From positions 172,546,001 through 172,610,000 of the forward strand of contig OX597817.1 of NCBI GenBank assembly GCA_951406725.2: DNA of 64,000 nucleotides, given 5' to 3'. This DNA comes from Octopus vulgaris. Taxonomy: Eukaryota. The translations under genes and the position numbers were made by a program. Shown here in pieces: positions 1 to 12,765 of the stretch. Position 1 is the first letter of the stretch, and each line of letters begins with the position of its first letter. Under the pieces are notes generated by a model. That model was not told where the DNA came from, made no database searches, and was given only the letters and a program-made list of their open reading frames with translations.

Positions 1-6
1 GGTAGA

Positions 7-211
7 TTTCATACAGCATATTTTTACGGCCTACAAGTGTTTCCACTGCACAGAGTATGGGCAGTTGCACATGCAACCGGACATAATTTTCTGTCCAGTT
101 TCGTTCAGGGATTCAGAAAGGTCATGCCTGGTTGCATGTGCAACTTCCCATATTCTGAGGAGTGGAAATGCATGTATGTCGTAATAACCATAAAAATATG
201 CTGTATGAAAT
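7..211. mobile_element. Fold-back/MITE-like palindrome
   Basis: tttcatacagcatattttta (7-26) mirrors taaaaatatgctgtatgaaa (191-210). tttccactgcacagagtatgggcagttgcacatgcaacc mirrors ggttgcatgtgcaacttcccatattctgaggagtggaaa. Loop is about 50 bp. Confidence 0.7.
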
Positions 212-499
212 TATAAAATAAAAGGATATAAATTTTGAGGATGAACAAGTCTCTATATTCTATATCAGTATAACTATCGCTAATATACGTTCCAGACGAT
301 ATTACCATCCTGAAAAGCGAAAACGAAATAACCCATCGGAGGAATTTACAGCGTGAGTGATAACTCATAGTAGTCACAGACGTTAAATTCTAATCGATGC
401 TGTTAGCCGTTACCTGGAACATAACTGAGAGTCACCATAGTATGTGCCCAAATAATATATCCCTCCAAAATATCACATCGTGTATACACACACACACAC

Positions 500-539
<40 letters not shown>

Positions 540-1110
540 GCTCCTAACTATAGACACCACACTGTAAAATTAATTGGGGAATTCGAAGCAGTCCAGCGAA
601 GCTACGCGAAGAAGATAACCTCATTGCAGCAAATTAGCTACTGAGAAGGACTCAAGAGTTTAAGGTTTTATCTTCCTGGAACGAAGGCGTAAGGATATGC
701 TGCAGTATACTTCTGGCTGATCATAGAAGGACTTGTTCGAAACATTAGCGTTCAAAGTTATACTAACGCCAGAACAGGGCGCCATTGCATAGTGCCAAGA
801 ATCCCTCCCCTGCCGTCAAGGTACCGAACCAGATACTGCAATAACTTAGGATACAAGATTACATAGCTCTTCGATATCATCCCGAAGGAGCTGAGAGACT
901 TTTATTGTGTGGATGTTGATGTCTTCAAAAGTAAACTGGATTTCCTATTCTCAAAAGTCTCAGATAAGCCAACGTCATGGTAGAAAGCGAGAAAGGGGGC
1001 ATCAGCATCAAGCTCCCTCATTTACCAAATACAACACACCAAAGGAGGATTATGATGGTGTAGCAACACCATTTGGCGGTGGCACAACCTTTGAGCTAAA
1101 ACTAGAAAAA
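540..1110 (+). mobile_element. Degenerate CR1/L2-type LINE 3' end (RT C-terminus)
   Basis: Hand translation gives EAVQRSYAKKITSLQQISY*E.LKSLR...LERRR...YFWLIIEGLV, matching the CR1-like LExVQR...SYxERLxxL..LERRR block. Stops and frameshifts are present. Confidence 0.7.
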
Positions 1111-1176
1111 ATATGTTGGAAGCATTATGAATACCCACACAATCACACATACACACACACATACAGACACATATAA

Positions 1177-1411
1177 TAGCTGAAGGATTAAAAATTAAAC
1201 TAAGGACATACTAAGCATGTGGACCGATCCACGTGAGTCCAAATACTTGAATGTGCGCTGTGAGACTGTCTTAACCCGTTTGCCTTTTAAAAGTTGATTT
1301 CTGTAGTTATTATCAGTGTATTTTGGCGATTTAAATAAGGATTTTGACAGTTATTTCCAGCAAGTAGACATACTTAGTATGTCCTTTGATTAATTTTTAA
1401 TCCTTCAGCTA
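1177..1411. mobile_element. MITE with ~44-bp TIRs
   Basis: Left end tagctgaaggattaaaaattaaactaaggacatactaagcatgt; right end reverse complement tagctgaaggattaaaaattaatcaaaggacatactaagtatgt. Confidence 0.8.
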
Positions 1412-1556
1412 ATTAATGCTTTGGTGGGGGGGGGGCAATCGCCTATATTATTGATGCTGTTATCATTTTTAATTGTTACACTCTATAATTCTTACACTTT
1501 ATAATAGTAGAGTCAATGACATCTTCGCAAATATTTTCTCTTGAATTATTTGCTCC

Positions 1557-1591
<35 letters not shown>

Positions 1592-1767
1592 GACAAGCAG
1601 GCAGGGAGGCTTGAATCTTTAGAAATCTGTAAAGAAGCCAAAAAACAGGATGGTAAATCACACCTTAACAATCCTGGTATAATTGAGCATCATGTGAGGT
1701 CTGTGACAAATACTTCTCTCTCAGGGTAGGCCTTATTCATCACAGGAGCACATATGAATGAGTCACC

Positions 1768-1809
<42 letters not shown>

Positions 1810-1886
1810 CTACATACATATGCCTATACAAACATATATATATTTGTGTGTATGTATACACATATATATGTATATATATATATACA

Positions 1887-1963
<77 letters not shown>

Positions 1964-2180
1964 GGATTTTTCCTTGTGTAGTTGTCTTGTATTCTGTTTT
2001 TTCGTTGTTAAAAAAATGGTCCGTTCCATGCTGTTTTTACTTTTTCGTTTCTCGTTGAGTTCTACGTCTATTTGTGGTGTCCTGTACACACGTATATATA
2101 TTTATATATGCATGTATATATACATGTAGATGTACGTACGTACATATATGTTTGTATGTATGCATATATTTTATTTATTA

Positions 2181-2247
<67 letters not shown>

Positions 2248-2383
2248 ATATATATAAACATATATATATATGTATACACATACACGTATATGTATATATA
2301 TTCAGATGAGTGTATTACACATGCGCGTTTGCGTTTGTATGTGTGTGTGTATGTATGTGTGTGTGTGTGTATGTGTGTGTGTA

Positions 2384-2435
<52 letters not shown>
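1768..2435. repeat. Compound (CA)n/(TA)n/(TG)n microsatellite field
   Basis: Directly visible dinucleotide runs. Confidence 0.95.
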
Positions 2436-2438
<3 letters not shown>

Positions 2439-3007
2439 ATGTACTATATGAGTGTTTTTAGAATCCGGCTTTGTGTAATTATGAGAGCTTTAATTGTGTG
2501 CCCGTAAATATAAACAGAAATAAATGCGTATAAACGCAAATTAATAGTTTAATAAACGTTGCGTACTTATTGAAGTTTGTTGAAGAGTGTCCAAAAATTG
2601 CGATGTGCGTAATATCGCACAAAATAACTTTTTACGCCTGCAAATATTTTAACGCTAATTCTCCAGAGCAACATAAAAAGCTTCCTGATGTTTATTCACA
2701 TTGACTTTGAATTTTTTTTTTTTTTTTTTTAATGCTGGCGATTTTACTGGCCAAAAATGTCACTGGTCACCATTTTCATTTAGGTAGTGTGATGTACGTA
2801 ACAAAAATGGATGTGATATTTTCAAGGCAAATATTTACTGTATGTTCCAAACAAGATCTGAAAGAAATTGTCACAAGATCGATATCTACTCGGAAATGAA
2901 GCATATCAACATACCTTTACATGTTTAACCAATTTTTCTGAACATTCTATAAATGTTTCAAAACTTGGTTTGGTTTAACGTTCATGGCAATGACCCTATT
3001 AAAAAAA

Positions 3008-3188
3008 TTCTAACTGGGTTCCACCTGCTAGGTCATGTGTTGTTTATCTTCATGTAAGATCACCATGCTCCGTACATATACTTGTGATGCATGTTCTTGA
3101 TATAGCCTTATCAGATGGGTAGTCATGATGGGTATATTGGGCTTCGTGTAATTGTATCCCTTTGATGTCATACGCTGCTTTCTCACTC

Positions 3189-3264
<76 letters not shown>

Positions 3265-3842
3265 CATCACTGCCCTGATGCAGTACCAGGCAGTGGCTCT
3301 CACGGCTTCTGATCTTAACTGACATTGTTTTGTCTTGGTATAAAAGATGGGTTACAGCAAATATTCTGCTCAGTACCACAGACTTGCTTGTCAGTTGTTT
3401 GACCTTAACCAGTTAAGCATGTCCCTTAGTGGCTGACGATATGTGCATCTCTGATCACGAACAGAAGTAGTGGAGGAGCATCATAGCCATGTGTTGAGAG
3501 GGATTCTTTGGGATTTTAATAATTCACCTCAGGGAACATGGGTGTTTAGCTCAACATCATTAAAAACAACCTTTATTCAGGGACTTTTGAGCGGGATAGG
3601 TTACTCGACCAGAAGAAAATTCTAACTGGGCCCTACCTGCAAGGTCATGTGCTGTTTGCCTTTATATGCGATCACCATGTTGCGCACATGTGGTTGTGGT
3701 GCATGTGCCTAGTGTACCCTTACCAGACGGGTAGTCATGATGGGTATACTGAGCTTTGAATATTTTACCCCAGTGTCACTTTGATGACATGCACTGCTCT
3801 CTCACTCAACAATAATAATAATAATAATAATAATAATAAGAA

Positions 3843-3873
<31 letters not shown>

Positions 3874-3961
3874 AAGAAGAAGAAGAAGAAGAAGGAGAAG
3901 AAGAAGAAGAAGAAGAAGAAGAAGAAGAAGAAGAAGAATGATAATAATAATAATAATAATG

Positions 3962-4020
<59 letters not shown>
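3008..4020 (+). mobile_element. Two tandem copies of a non-coding retroposon 3' end, each followed by (AAT)n; the second tail includes an (AAG)n block
   Basis: 3008-3189 aligns with 3620-3809 (tctaactggg..cacctgc.aggtcatgtg...gggtagtcatgatgggtata...ctcactca). Both run into (AAT)n, and the longer copy starts inside the tail of the first. Confidence 0.75.
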
Positions 4021-4021
<1 letters not shown>

Positions 4022-4564
4022 GAGCGAAGTAAACTTTCGAGATGGAAATGCCTTTCATGTTGAAACGTATGATGCAGCTTTGCTCACAAAAAAAATGAAG
4101 AAAGAGAAAAGTAATCGGGTTAATTGGTTGACACATTTACCCGTTCAAATATTAGCGAGTCTCGAAGATAAAAAATAAATAAATAACTAAAGGAAGAAAC
4201 GCAAAACCGTTTGACATTATTCTAAAATATAAATTATAAATTCGTAATCCGTAAGTTTTCTGTACCCTTTCACCTTTACGACTCTCATCAGATCCATTCA
4301 GATGAATGCTTGCCACACCAATAGAGATGACGGTGGTTAGCGCAACTGAACCAAAGAGGATTTCTATAGATTGATAGAGAGAGCGTTTATTGCTGTGTCA
4401 TTCGCTTTTATTCATGTCACTTATTTACCCAACAGATAATGACATCAAGTCCATTCTCTTTAATCGTTCAACATATTCTAAGGAGCTTCTCTGAACAACA
4501 CTGTCGATCTATTATTATTCGCTGTGTCCGTCCATTAGCTGATAAATAGCAGCATTCAACATGC

Positions 4565-4593
4565 GTGTGTATGTGTATCTATCTATCTATCTA

Positions 4594-4645
<52 letters not shown>

Positions 4646-4702
4646 GTGTGTATACGTACGTAAAGAAAACAGGCACATTTTTAGCCTCTCTCTCACTCTC
4701 GC

Positions 4703-4768
<66 letters not shown>

Positions 4769-4984
4769 ACCTGTTCACCTAGTTTTCTACATAAAAGGCT
4801 ATGAGGAGTGCATCGCTTTAAGGTTGTATTTATGCAAATGCATTTTACTGAGTAGCGAAAATTAACTTGCACACGATCTCTGCAAACAATGCAAGCTGCA
4901 TTGTCAAACGATAGCAGATGCACAAACATGGATGAACAAAGACACGAACACACACACAAACGCATATATATATATATATATATA

Positions 4985-5027
<43 letters not shown>

Positions 5028-5099
5028 TATATGTTTGTGTATATATATATATATATATATACATATATACACATATACCTATATGTATACATATACATA

Positions 5100-5158
<59 letters not shown>

Positions 5159-5350
5159 ATATATACGCATACATATATATATGTGTGTGTCTGTGTCTGT
5201 GTATATATATATATATATTTGTGTGTGTGTGTGTTTATATATATATATATATATATTTCTGTATGCATATATACATATACATTTAAACATACACAAACAG
5301 GCATACATACATATATGAACATACATATATATATATATATATATAAATAA

Positions 5351-5425
<75 letters not shown>

Positions 5426-5576
5426 CACACACACATTTTATGTGTGTATGTATTTATGCATGTTTGTGTGTACGTGTATATATATTTGCGCGTGTGAACG
5501 TCTGTGTGCGTGCGTGTGTGTGTGTGTGTATTTACGTATGTGTGTGTGTGTGCGCGTACATATATTTGCGCGCGCG

Positions 5577-5611
<35 letters not shown>

Positions 5612-5928
5612 AGCAACAGGTTTACATTTATTTGATTTTACCTGAATCCATTAGTGCTAATTGCTACTAGCCAATGGATTAGATTACTGGGACAGGAAAC
5701 TGTTTCTAATGTTTTCAGAGCTCCTTTTTTGATACATGGATGAGTGAATGAGTGAGTGAGGGAGGGAGAGAGGGAGAGAGTGAGGGTGAGGGAGAGAGGG
5801 AGCGAGGGAGCAAGGGAGAGAATGGGTGAGTGTGGCTTGTCAGCTAGATACGTAGACGGGTGAATGGATTGATGGATTGATGGATGCACAGACATGCATA
5901 CACACACATACATATATACATATGAGCA

Positions 5929-6001
<73 letters not shown>

Positions 6002-6369
6002 ACATGTGTTAATGGAAAACACGATTCTATTTGTATTTCCTGTCAGCTGTAGGGCGCATGCGCTGAACAAAATCGTGCAGGGAAATCAGTTTTATGTCAA
6101 TGTTTTGCAACCAGTGAAATTATTTGTCACGTTTCAACTCCGAAGCGCACACGCACCCACACACAGTCACACACACACACACGCACACACACACACGCAC
6201 ACGCACGCACACACATACACACACGCACATACACACACACACACACACGCACACACACACACACACACACACGCACGCACACACATACACACACGCACAC
6301 ACACACACACACACACGCACGCACACACATACACACACGCACACACACGCACGCACACACATACACACA

Positions 6370-6400
<31 letters not shown>

Positions 6401-6401
6401 G

Positions 6402-6446
<45 letters not shown>

Positions 6447-6525
6447 GCACACACATACACACACGCACACACACACACACACGCACGCACACACATACAC
6501 ACACGCACATACACACACGCGCACT
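4565..6525. repeat. Compound microsatellite field (TA, TC, TG, CA and CACG variants)
   Basis: Directly visible. Confidence 0.95.
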
Positions 6526-6644
6526 ACCATTGACAACGTGACAACACTAATTTGCATTTACTCATTCGGTGGACACAGACTTCATAATATTATAACAAAG
6601 CGAGAAAAGGAAACATCAAAAGTGTTTTTTTATCTATATTTACA

Positions 6645-7055
6645 AGGCACAGGCATTGCTGTGCGATTAAGAAGCTCGCCTTTCAACCATGTGGTTTTGA
6701 GTTCAGTCACACTGTGCGGCACCTTAGGCAAATGTCTTCTATTTTAATCTAGGCCCGACTAGCGCCCTTAGAGTGGAAGACGGAAACTGCGTGGAAGCCC
6801 GCTGAATGTGTGTGCGTGTATGTGTGTGTGTGTGTTTGTATGTGTCTTTGTGTTTGTATGTGTCTTTTTGTTTGGTGCTGATCAATCCCCACCACTGGAT
6901 AACCAGTGCTGGTTTGTTTACATCCCCGTCTTTAGGTTCTGCAAAAGAAGCTGTAAGAATAAGTACCAGACTTTAAAATAAGTACTGAGTCGATGTTCTT
7001 TTGTCTGTGATGCTCCAGCATGACCGCAATCCAATTATTGAAATAGATAACATAC
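6645..7055 (+). mobile_element. Diverged tRNA-type SINE (family A)
   Basis: Head ggcacaggcattgctgtg...gagttcagtcacactg, CORE-like ccttaggcaaatgtcttct and tail gctccagcatgaccgca. Homologous to 43658-44058. Confidence 0.75.
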
Positions 7056-7560
7056 TGAAGTAATAGTTTCTTATTGTTTTCAATTAGTTTTAACACATAC
7101 ACACATATACACACTCACCACATGCGCGCGCGCACGCACACACACATACACACACACACATAAACTTGACCTATCATTTCTATAAATTATGTTCTTAATC
7201 GCATAGCCACACATGCGCCAATATTTGTTACATAGGCACGGATCGTCAGTTTCGGCAATTTCCGTTGCCTCATCAGTTAAGCCAGCTCAATTGTTAGGCT
7301 TTTTCCAGACTTTCCAGTCACATTTAGTGATATTTGTAATTCTCCTTTTTGGTGAGACATTAGAAACTGCCGTTTATATTAATTCTATTATTCTTTTATT
7401 CCTTTATTTGTTTCAGTCATTTCGACTTTGGCCATGTTGGAGCACCGCCTTTTAGTCGAAGAAATCAACCCCTAACTTTATATATAATTTTACATTAGCG
7501 AATCGCTAAGTCATCCAATAATTTGGATGACGAAAACAGAAAAACTAATAGCAAAGTGAG

Positions 7561-7663
7561 TCCGGAAGGAGCCGAACAATCGAGCGGTCTTAACTGATGA
7601 GGCGACGGAAATTACCGAAACTGACGCGTCAGTTTTAAGAATTCTCGATCGGCATTTTTCGGA
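7561..7663 (+). ncRNA. Type I hammerhead ribozyme
   Basis: Reads tcttaa-CTGATGA-ggcgacggaaattacc-GAAA-ctgac gc gtcag-TT-ttaaga. Stem I extends through atcgag/ctcgat and gccg/cggc. Stem III is palindromic and stem II is weakened. Confidence 0.8.
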
Positions 7664-7799
7664 CGGTTAAGGTCCCTGTTAGTCTATATGTTTTCATTCA
7701 TGTGCGTTAACTGCAGCATTAGAGCAGTTTAGCTTTTATTTCTAGCGATGTATATGTATATGTTTATACCCGTCTGTCACACTTGAACACATAAATATA

Positions 7800-9081
7800 C
7801 GAGAGCTGTTCATTAAAGATTTCCCCTGATCCATTCCCAAGGACTAGGATAAACGAAACTTGGCATAATTATTAGTCCTTCTCTACGTAGCCACCACCAA
7901 TGGCGATGACACACTTCTCCCATCGCTTTATGAAGCTGTGAAAACTTCGTCAGCAGAAGTCGATGGGTTGCGTCTAGAGACAAAACTTTACTTCGGAAAT
8001 AAGTTCATCATCCGATAAGTGTGTCCCCTTTAAATAAGACTTGATGGCAGGAAAGAGGTGGAAGTTAGATCGTTCGAGGTCAGGAAAGTGAGGCGAGTAA
8101 GGAAGAATTCCATAGCCGCAGGAGTGTGCTTTCATCTGGGTAACATGTGCATTGTGAACTGGGTCATTGTCTTAGTGGAGGCGGACTCCTTTAATCATCA
8201 TACCACGCCTCTCTGCTTTGATGGCGTCCCGCAGTTTCTGCAGCAGAGAAGCATTAATATGCCCCTTTAATTGTGCTGCCCTTTGCCAGAAAATCCATCA
8301 TCACTACTCCACGCAGGTCCCAAAAGATTGTGAGCATCACCTTGCCTGCTGAAGGTTGGACACCGGCCTTCTTTGGAGGTGGTGAGTTATCATGCTTCCA
8401 TTGTTTCGACTGGACTTTAGTCACAAGATCATGGTGATAGACTATTGTTTCATCCTGTGTGATAAGACGGCCGAAAACGTCCTGCTCGTTTTCTTGTCAC
8501 ATTACCAAAATATCCTGGGAGCAATTGACTCATTCCTGCTTCTGAAAAGGTGTGAGCATCCAGAGAATCCATCGTACAGACAACTTCCGCATATGCAAAT
8601 GGTTGTGAATGATTTTTTCCACACCTGCCTTCGCTTCTTGGGCTATTTGGCGAATAATTATGCAATGATTCTCCAAAATGGAGACTTCCATTTTATGGAT
8701 GGTGTCGTCATCAATGGTGGAACGTGGTCGTCCAGGAATAGGAGCAGTTTCCACCGATGACCGACCACATTAAACTGGCCGCGCCGGTACCTGACTACGA
8801 CGTACGATGTTGCATTGTCACCATAAACTACTTTCATCTCATCGAAAGTCTCTTTTGGTGTACGACCTTTCAAGTATATTAACCTGACCACTGATTTTCA
8901 TTCAACTGCCTTTATTATGACACCTTAGTCCACTTCAGAATCCGTAAAAGACATACGAATATTATTGGAAAGCTATGATTTACAATGTGATTGGTAGAGA
9001 CATATGATTGTACCTGTACAAGTTCTGTTTCCTGAAATAACCGGAAATGGGTCTGAGGAAATCTTTAATGAATATCCCTCG
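7800..9081 (-). mobile_element. Full-length decayed mariner (Tc1/mariner) DNA transposon
   Basis: Flanked by TA. TIRs are cgagagctgttcattaaagatttcc and rc cgagggatattcattaaagatttcc; length 1282 bp. Frameshifted transposase pieces: LKGRTPKETFDEMKVVYGD, PGRPRS, KLSVRWI..LT..QK. Confidence 0.92.
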
Positions 9082-9145
9082 TATCAAGTATATTATTCTT
9101 TATATAAAAATGTGCGGGCGGACATTTCTGAAGCATCCCGGTGAC

Positions 9146-9220
9146 AGAGTGTCCGAAGTTTGAAAGTGTTTAGTTACAAAAAATTAATTTCTCGTCTGCC
9201 GTTGTAAGGGAAAAGATCCA
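9146..9220. mobile_element. Solo terminal fragment of the GGATC fold-back family
   Basis: agtgtccgaagtttgaaagtgtttagttacaaaaaatta...aaagatcc matches 10566-10639. Confidence 0.7.
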
Positions 9221-9301
9221 AATATTATATAAGACACACTTTTGAAAGCAAAAATAAAAATGCAAACTGACGCGGAGTCGATTTGACTATCGTCCGTCCA
9301 T

Positions 9302-9568
<267 letters not shown>

Positions 9569-10111
9569 CAAAAATAATAAAATCTGAATATATTAAAATA
9601 GAGACATATAAATTTTTTTGACTTCTCTTAACACAAATTATATCATCCCAAACTTATATTTAGAAGAAAGTAAAAGAAAAAATTAGTTTAAAATTAAACG
9701 AAAATTATAATCTTCATAGCTTAAAAAGTAATTCCCTCATTCGTACTGCTTTCTTCAAAACCTTAAAATTTGATAATATCGTTGAATTTTGTGAAACGAT
9801 CCCTGTTCTCAGAATCTTTCCAGAGAGATCCACTTCAGTGTTATTTAAATTGTTACTTATAACACTTTTCTTGAAGGCTTTTATAATAGCATTTTTCTTT
9901 AACGGCCTCCAAAGATTTCTTCACCTTCTAACGGATGAGGGGGGCAATGCCGAGACGTTTCATTCGGCCAATTAGGGTGAATTCTTGCTCATTTAGAGCA
10001 CTCTTGAACTTTGTAAAACTCATAATATATGAAATCTCTGAAGGGTTTGTGAATCGATACATCCAAAGATTGCAATTGCAAAGTGAGGTCACCGAGAATC
10101 ACTGCAATTTT

Positions 10112-10639
10112 GGTATAGCTTTTGACCTACAGATTTTTAAAATAATTTTTTGTAACTAAACGCTTTCAAACTTCGGACAATGTGTCATATAAAACATCTT
10201 TTACTCTTAGCAGTTATAGTATTTCAGTAATTTCAACCAATCAATGACATGTATGCACATGAATAAAAATTACTGCCGTTGTTTGTCAACATCGACTATC
10301 GGCTGTGTATTTTTCGTTTGTCACTGTTATTTATGACATTGTTCGTGCATTTGTACTGGTTTTATGGTTAGGGTTAGGGTTTTAGGGTTAGGTTAGCGGT
10401 TTAGGGTTGGCAAACAACAGCAGTAATTTTATTCAGCTGAATACACGTCATTGATTGGTTGAAATTCTCGAAATACTATAACTTTAGCGTGAAATAACTT
10501 CGTAAATATAAGTTTTTCTCAAAAAATGCTAAGACTAAAAGATGTTTTATATGACACATTCTACCAGTGTCCGAAGTTTGAAAGGGTTTAGTTACAAAAA
10601 ATTATTTTTTTAAATCTGTCGGTCAAAAGGTAAAGATCC
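10112..10639. mobile_element. Long-TIR fold-back MITE with central TTAGGG repeats
   Basis: Arms mirror each other (aatttcaaccaatcaatgac / gtcattgattggttgaaatt; tgtgtcatataaaacatcttt / aaagatgttttatatgacaca). The centre has ggttagggttagggtt...tagggttaggttagcggtttagggtt. Confidence 0.85.
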
Positions 10640-10769
10640 TATAATTACGAATAATTTTATTGAATCGATGATTTTGGTTATGAATTGATTTAATACTAAT
10701 AAATCCGGTTTCCATCGTGAGCCCCCATCACCATCACCACCAGCGCGTTCTTTGTGGTGGAATAATATT

Positions 10770-10945
10770 GGTTTCAAATTTTGGTACAAGGCTAGTTGTT
10801 GTTTAGGAGTACTTATTTTATCCTCTCTGAAAGAATGAGAGACAAAGTCGACCTCGACAGAATTTGAACCCAGAAGGAAAAGACAGACGAAATGCCGCTA
10901 AACATTTTGTCCGGCGTATTAACGATTCTGCAAGCTCGCCGCTTT
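10770..10945 (-). mobile_element. SINE family B fragment
   Basis: aaagtcgacctcgacagaatttgaacc...gattctgcaagctcgccgc. Confidence 0.75.
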
Positions 10946-11450
10946 TTTATGGTGGAATAATAAATAATACGTGGAAGAATGAGAATATTTTCGTTCAAGC
11001 GTTCTCTGGCCAAAAACGATTTTATTGCGACGTCAAATAATTAGCGTTTTTTTTTTTTTTTTTTAATTTTTTTTTTTACTTTTAAATCATTTAGACAAAT
11101 TTTATTTACTGAAAGAGAAAGTTTATTGCAGCTTTACTCATGAAATATTTATGATATGACATAATAATTGCACAAATTTTTCTTTAGCAAAAATCCGACC
11201 TCTCAGCTGTTTTTTTTATGTTTTAGACGATCACAAATACTGGAATTATATATGGAGAATTCTGTCCATTAAATCTAATACAGCAATGATATATTTCGCA
11301 GCCCATTATGTGGGATACACAACGAAGATAATCCACCATCATCAAATTCGCATTAAACACCTCATTAAACACATTGAATTCGTAATAACTAAAACGTGTG
11401 ATCTCTGACCAAGTTTTTCGTCATCTTTTCTCTCGTGTTGTCTCTGTACA

Positions 11451-11867
11451 GGATCTTTTCGGTTTGAACGGCAGTTTTTTTAAATAATTTCCACGTAACT
11501 AAACACTTTTAAACTTCGTATACTTGGTCGAATGTGTTTATAAAACATCTTTTTCTTTTGGCTTTATTGAGAAAATTCTATAGTTTGTAAGATATTTGTT
11601 GTTGTTTTTTAATTTCTGCAATTTCAACCAATCAATGACGTCTATTGAGGTGAAAACATTCTGTGCCGTATGAATATGTCCCTCGTTTAAGAAACAGATT
11701 GGGTTTATTTACATTTCTGAAGAAAAAAAGATAACCTTCCCCCTACACCCTAACCCTAACCCTAAAACAGATTGAAATGCAATAGATTGATACTAGGGTC
11801 ATAATTATGGGTGACAATTTCATATGACACCGCTAGAAAAAAACTGCCGGTCAAACCGAGAAGATCC
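11451..11867. mobile_element. MITE with GGATC TIRs, 8-bp TSD and internal (CCCTAA)n
   Basis: TIRs ggatcttttcggtttgaacggcagttttttt / aaaaaaactgccggtcaaaccgagaagatcc. Flanks are tctgtaca and tctgtcca. ccctaaccctaaccctaa lies at ~11748-11766, and internal blocks are shared with 10112-10639. Confidence 0.85.
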
Positions 11868-11945
11868 TCTGTCCATATCTACGCATATTTGTTTCGTCTT
11901 TCTTATGGCTGTCTTTTGCATCCGTTAATTTTTGTTTTTTTTAAT

Positions 11946-12520
11946 TGTTTCAGTCATTAGTCTGCGGCCATGAAGGCGGCGAACTGGCAGAAACGTTAGC
12001 ACGCCGGACGAACTGCTTAGGGGTATTTCGTCCGCCGCTGCGTTCTCAGTTCAAATTCCGCCGCGGTCGACTTTGCATTTCATCCTTTCGTGGTCGATAG
12101 ATTAAGTACCTATTTCTTTATTACCCACAAGGGGCTAAACATAGAGGGGACAAACAAGGACAGACATAGGTATTAAGTCGATTACATCGACCCCAGTGCG
12201 TAACTGGTACTTAATTTATCGACCCCGAAAGGATGAAAGGTAAAGTCGACCTCGCGGAATTTGAACTCAGAACGTAACGGCAGACGTAATAACGCTTAAG
12301 CATTTCGCCCGACGTGCTAACGTTTCTGCCAGCTCGCCGCCTTCGATAAATTAAGTACCAGTTACGCACTGGGGTCGATGGAATCGACTTAATCCGTTTG
12401 TTTGTCCTTCTTTGTCCTCTCTGTGTTTAGCCCCTTGTGGGTACTAAAGAAATAGTCTGCAGCCATGCTGGGACACTGCCTTGAAGAATTTTAGTCGAAC
12501 GTATCGATCCCAGAACTTAT
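11946..12520. mobile_element. Triple-nested SINEs: family B (-) inside family B (+) inside a family A-type tail
   Basis: Inner copy ~12111-12343 has TSD cgata(g/a)attaagtacc. Middle copy ~11972-12454 has TSD tagtctgc(g/a)gccatg. Confidence 0.88.
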
Positions 12521-12559
12521 TATACATACCGGATGTTAATGGTCTCCCGAGTTTTAATG

Positions 12560-12765
12560 TATGAGGGTGAGTCAGAAAATAATGCAATTTTTATTTGCAT
12601 TACTTTTTGACTCATATCCCCACTTCTCCGTACATACGTGGATGAGTCAAAAAGAAAGTAATGCAATTTTTATTTGCATTATTTTTTTGTCTCACCTTCA
12701 TAAATATGGTGGGGAGTCAAAAAGTAATGCTAATATAAATTGCATTACTTTGATTCACCCTTGTA
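12560..12765. mobile_element. Three tandem ~60-70-bp mini-MITE hairpins built from mariner-type TIRs
   Basis: Each unit reads roughly TA-ygagggtgagtcaaaaagtaatgc-a(n)-gcattactttttgactcacccty-TA, at 12560-12632, 12635-12702 and 12705-12765. Confidence 0.75.

Noticed and set aside
4260-4300. Minus-strand CTGATGA...GAAA
   Set aside because: No credible stems I-III.
1541-6747. YIYI, VCVC, HTHT, poly-L/N/K and similar ORFs here and elsewhere
   Set aside because: They are translations of simple repeats.
9925-9980. Hammerhead-like cggatga..ggcaatgcc..gagacgtt
   Set aside because: Both core motifs are mutated and stem I is unconvincing; at best a dead relic.
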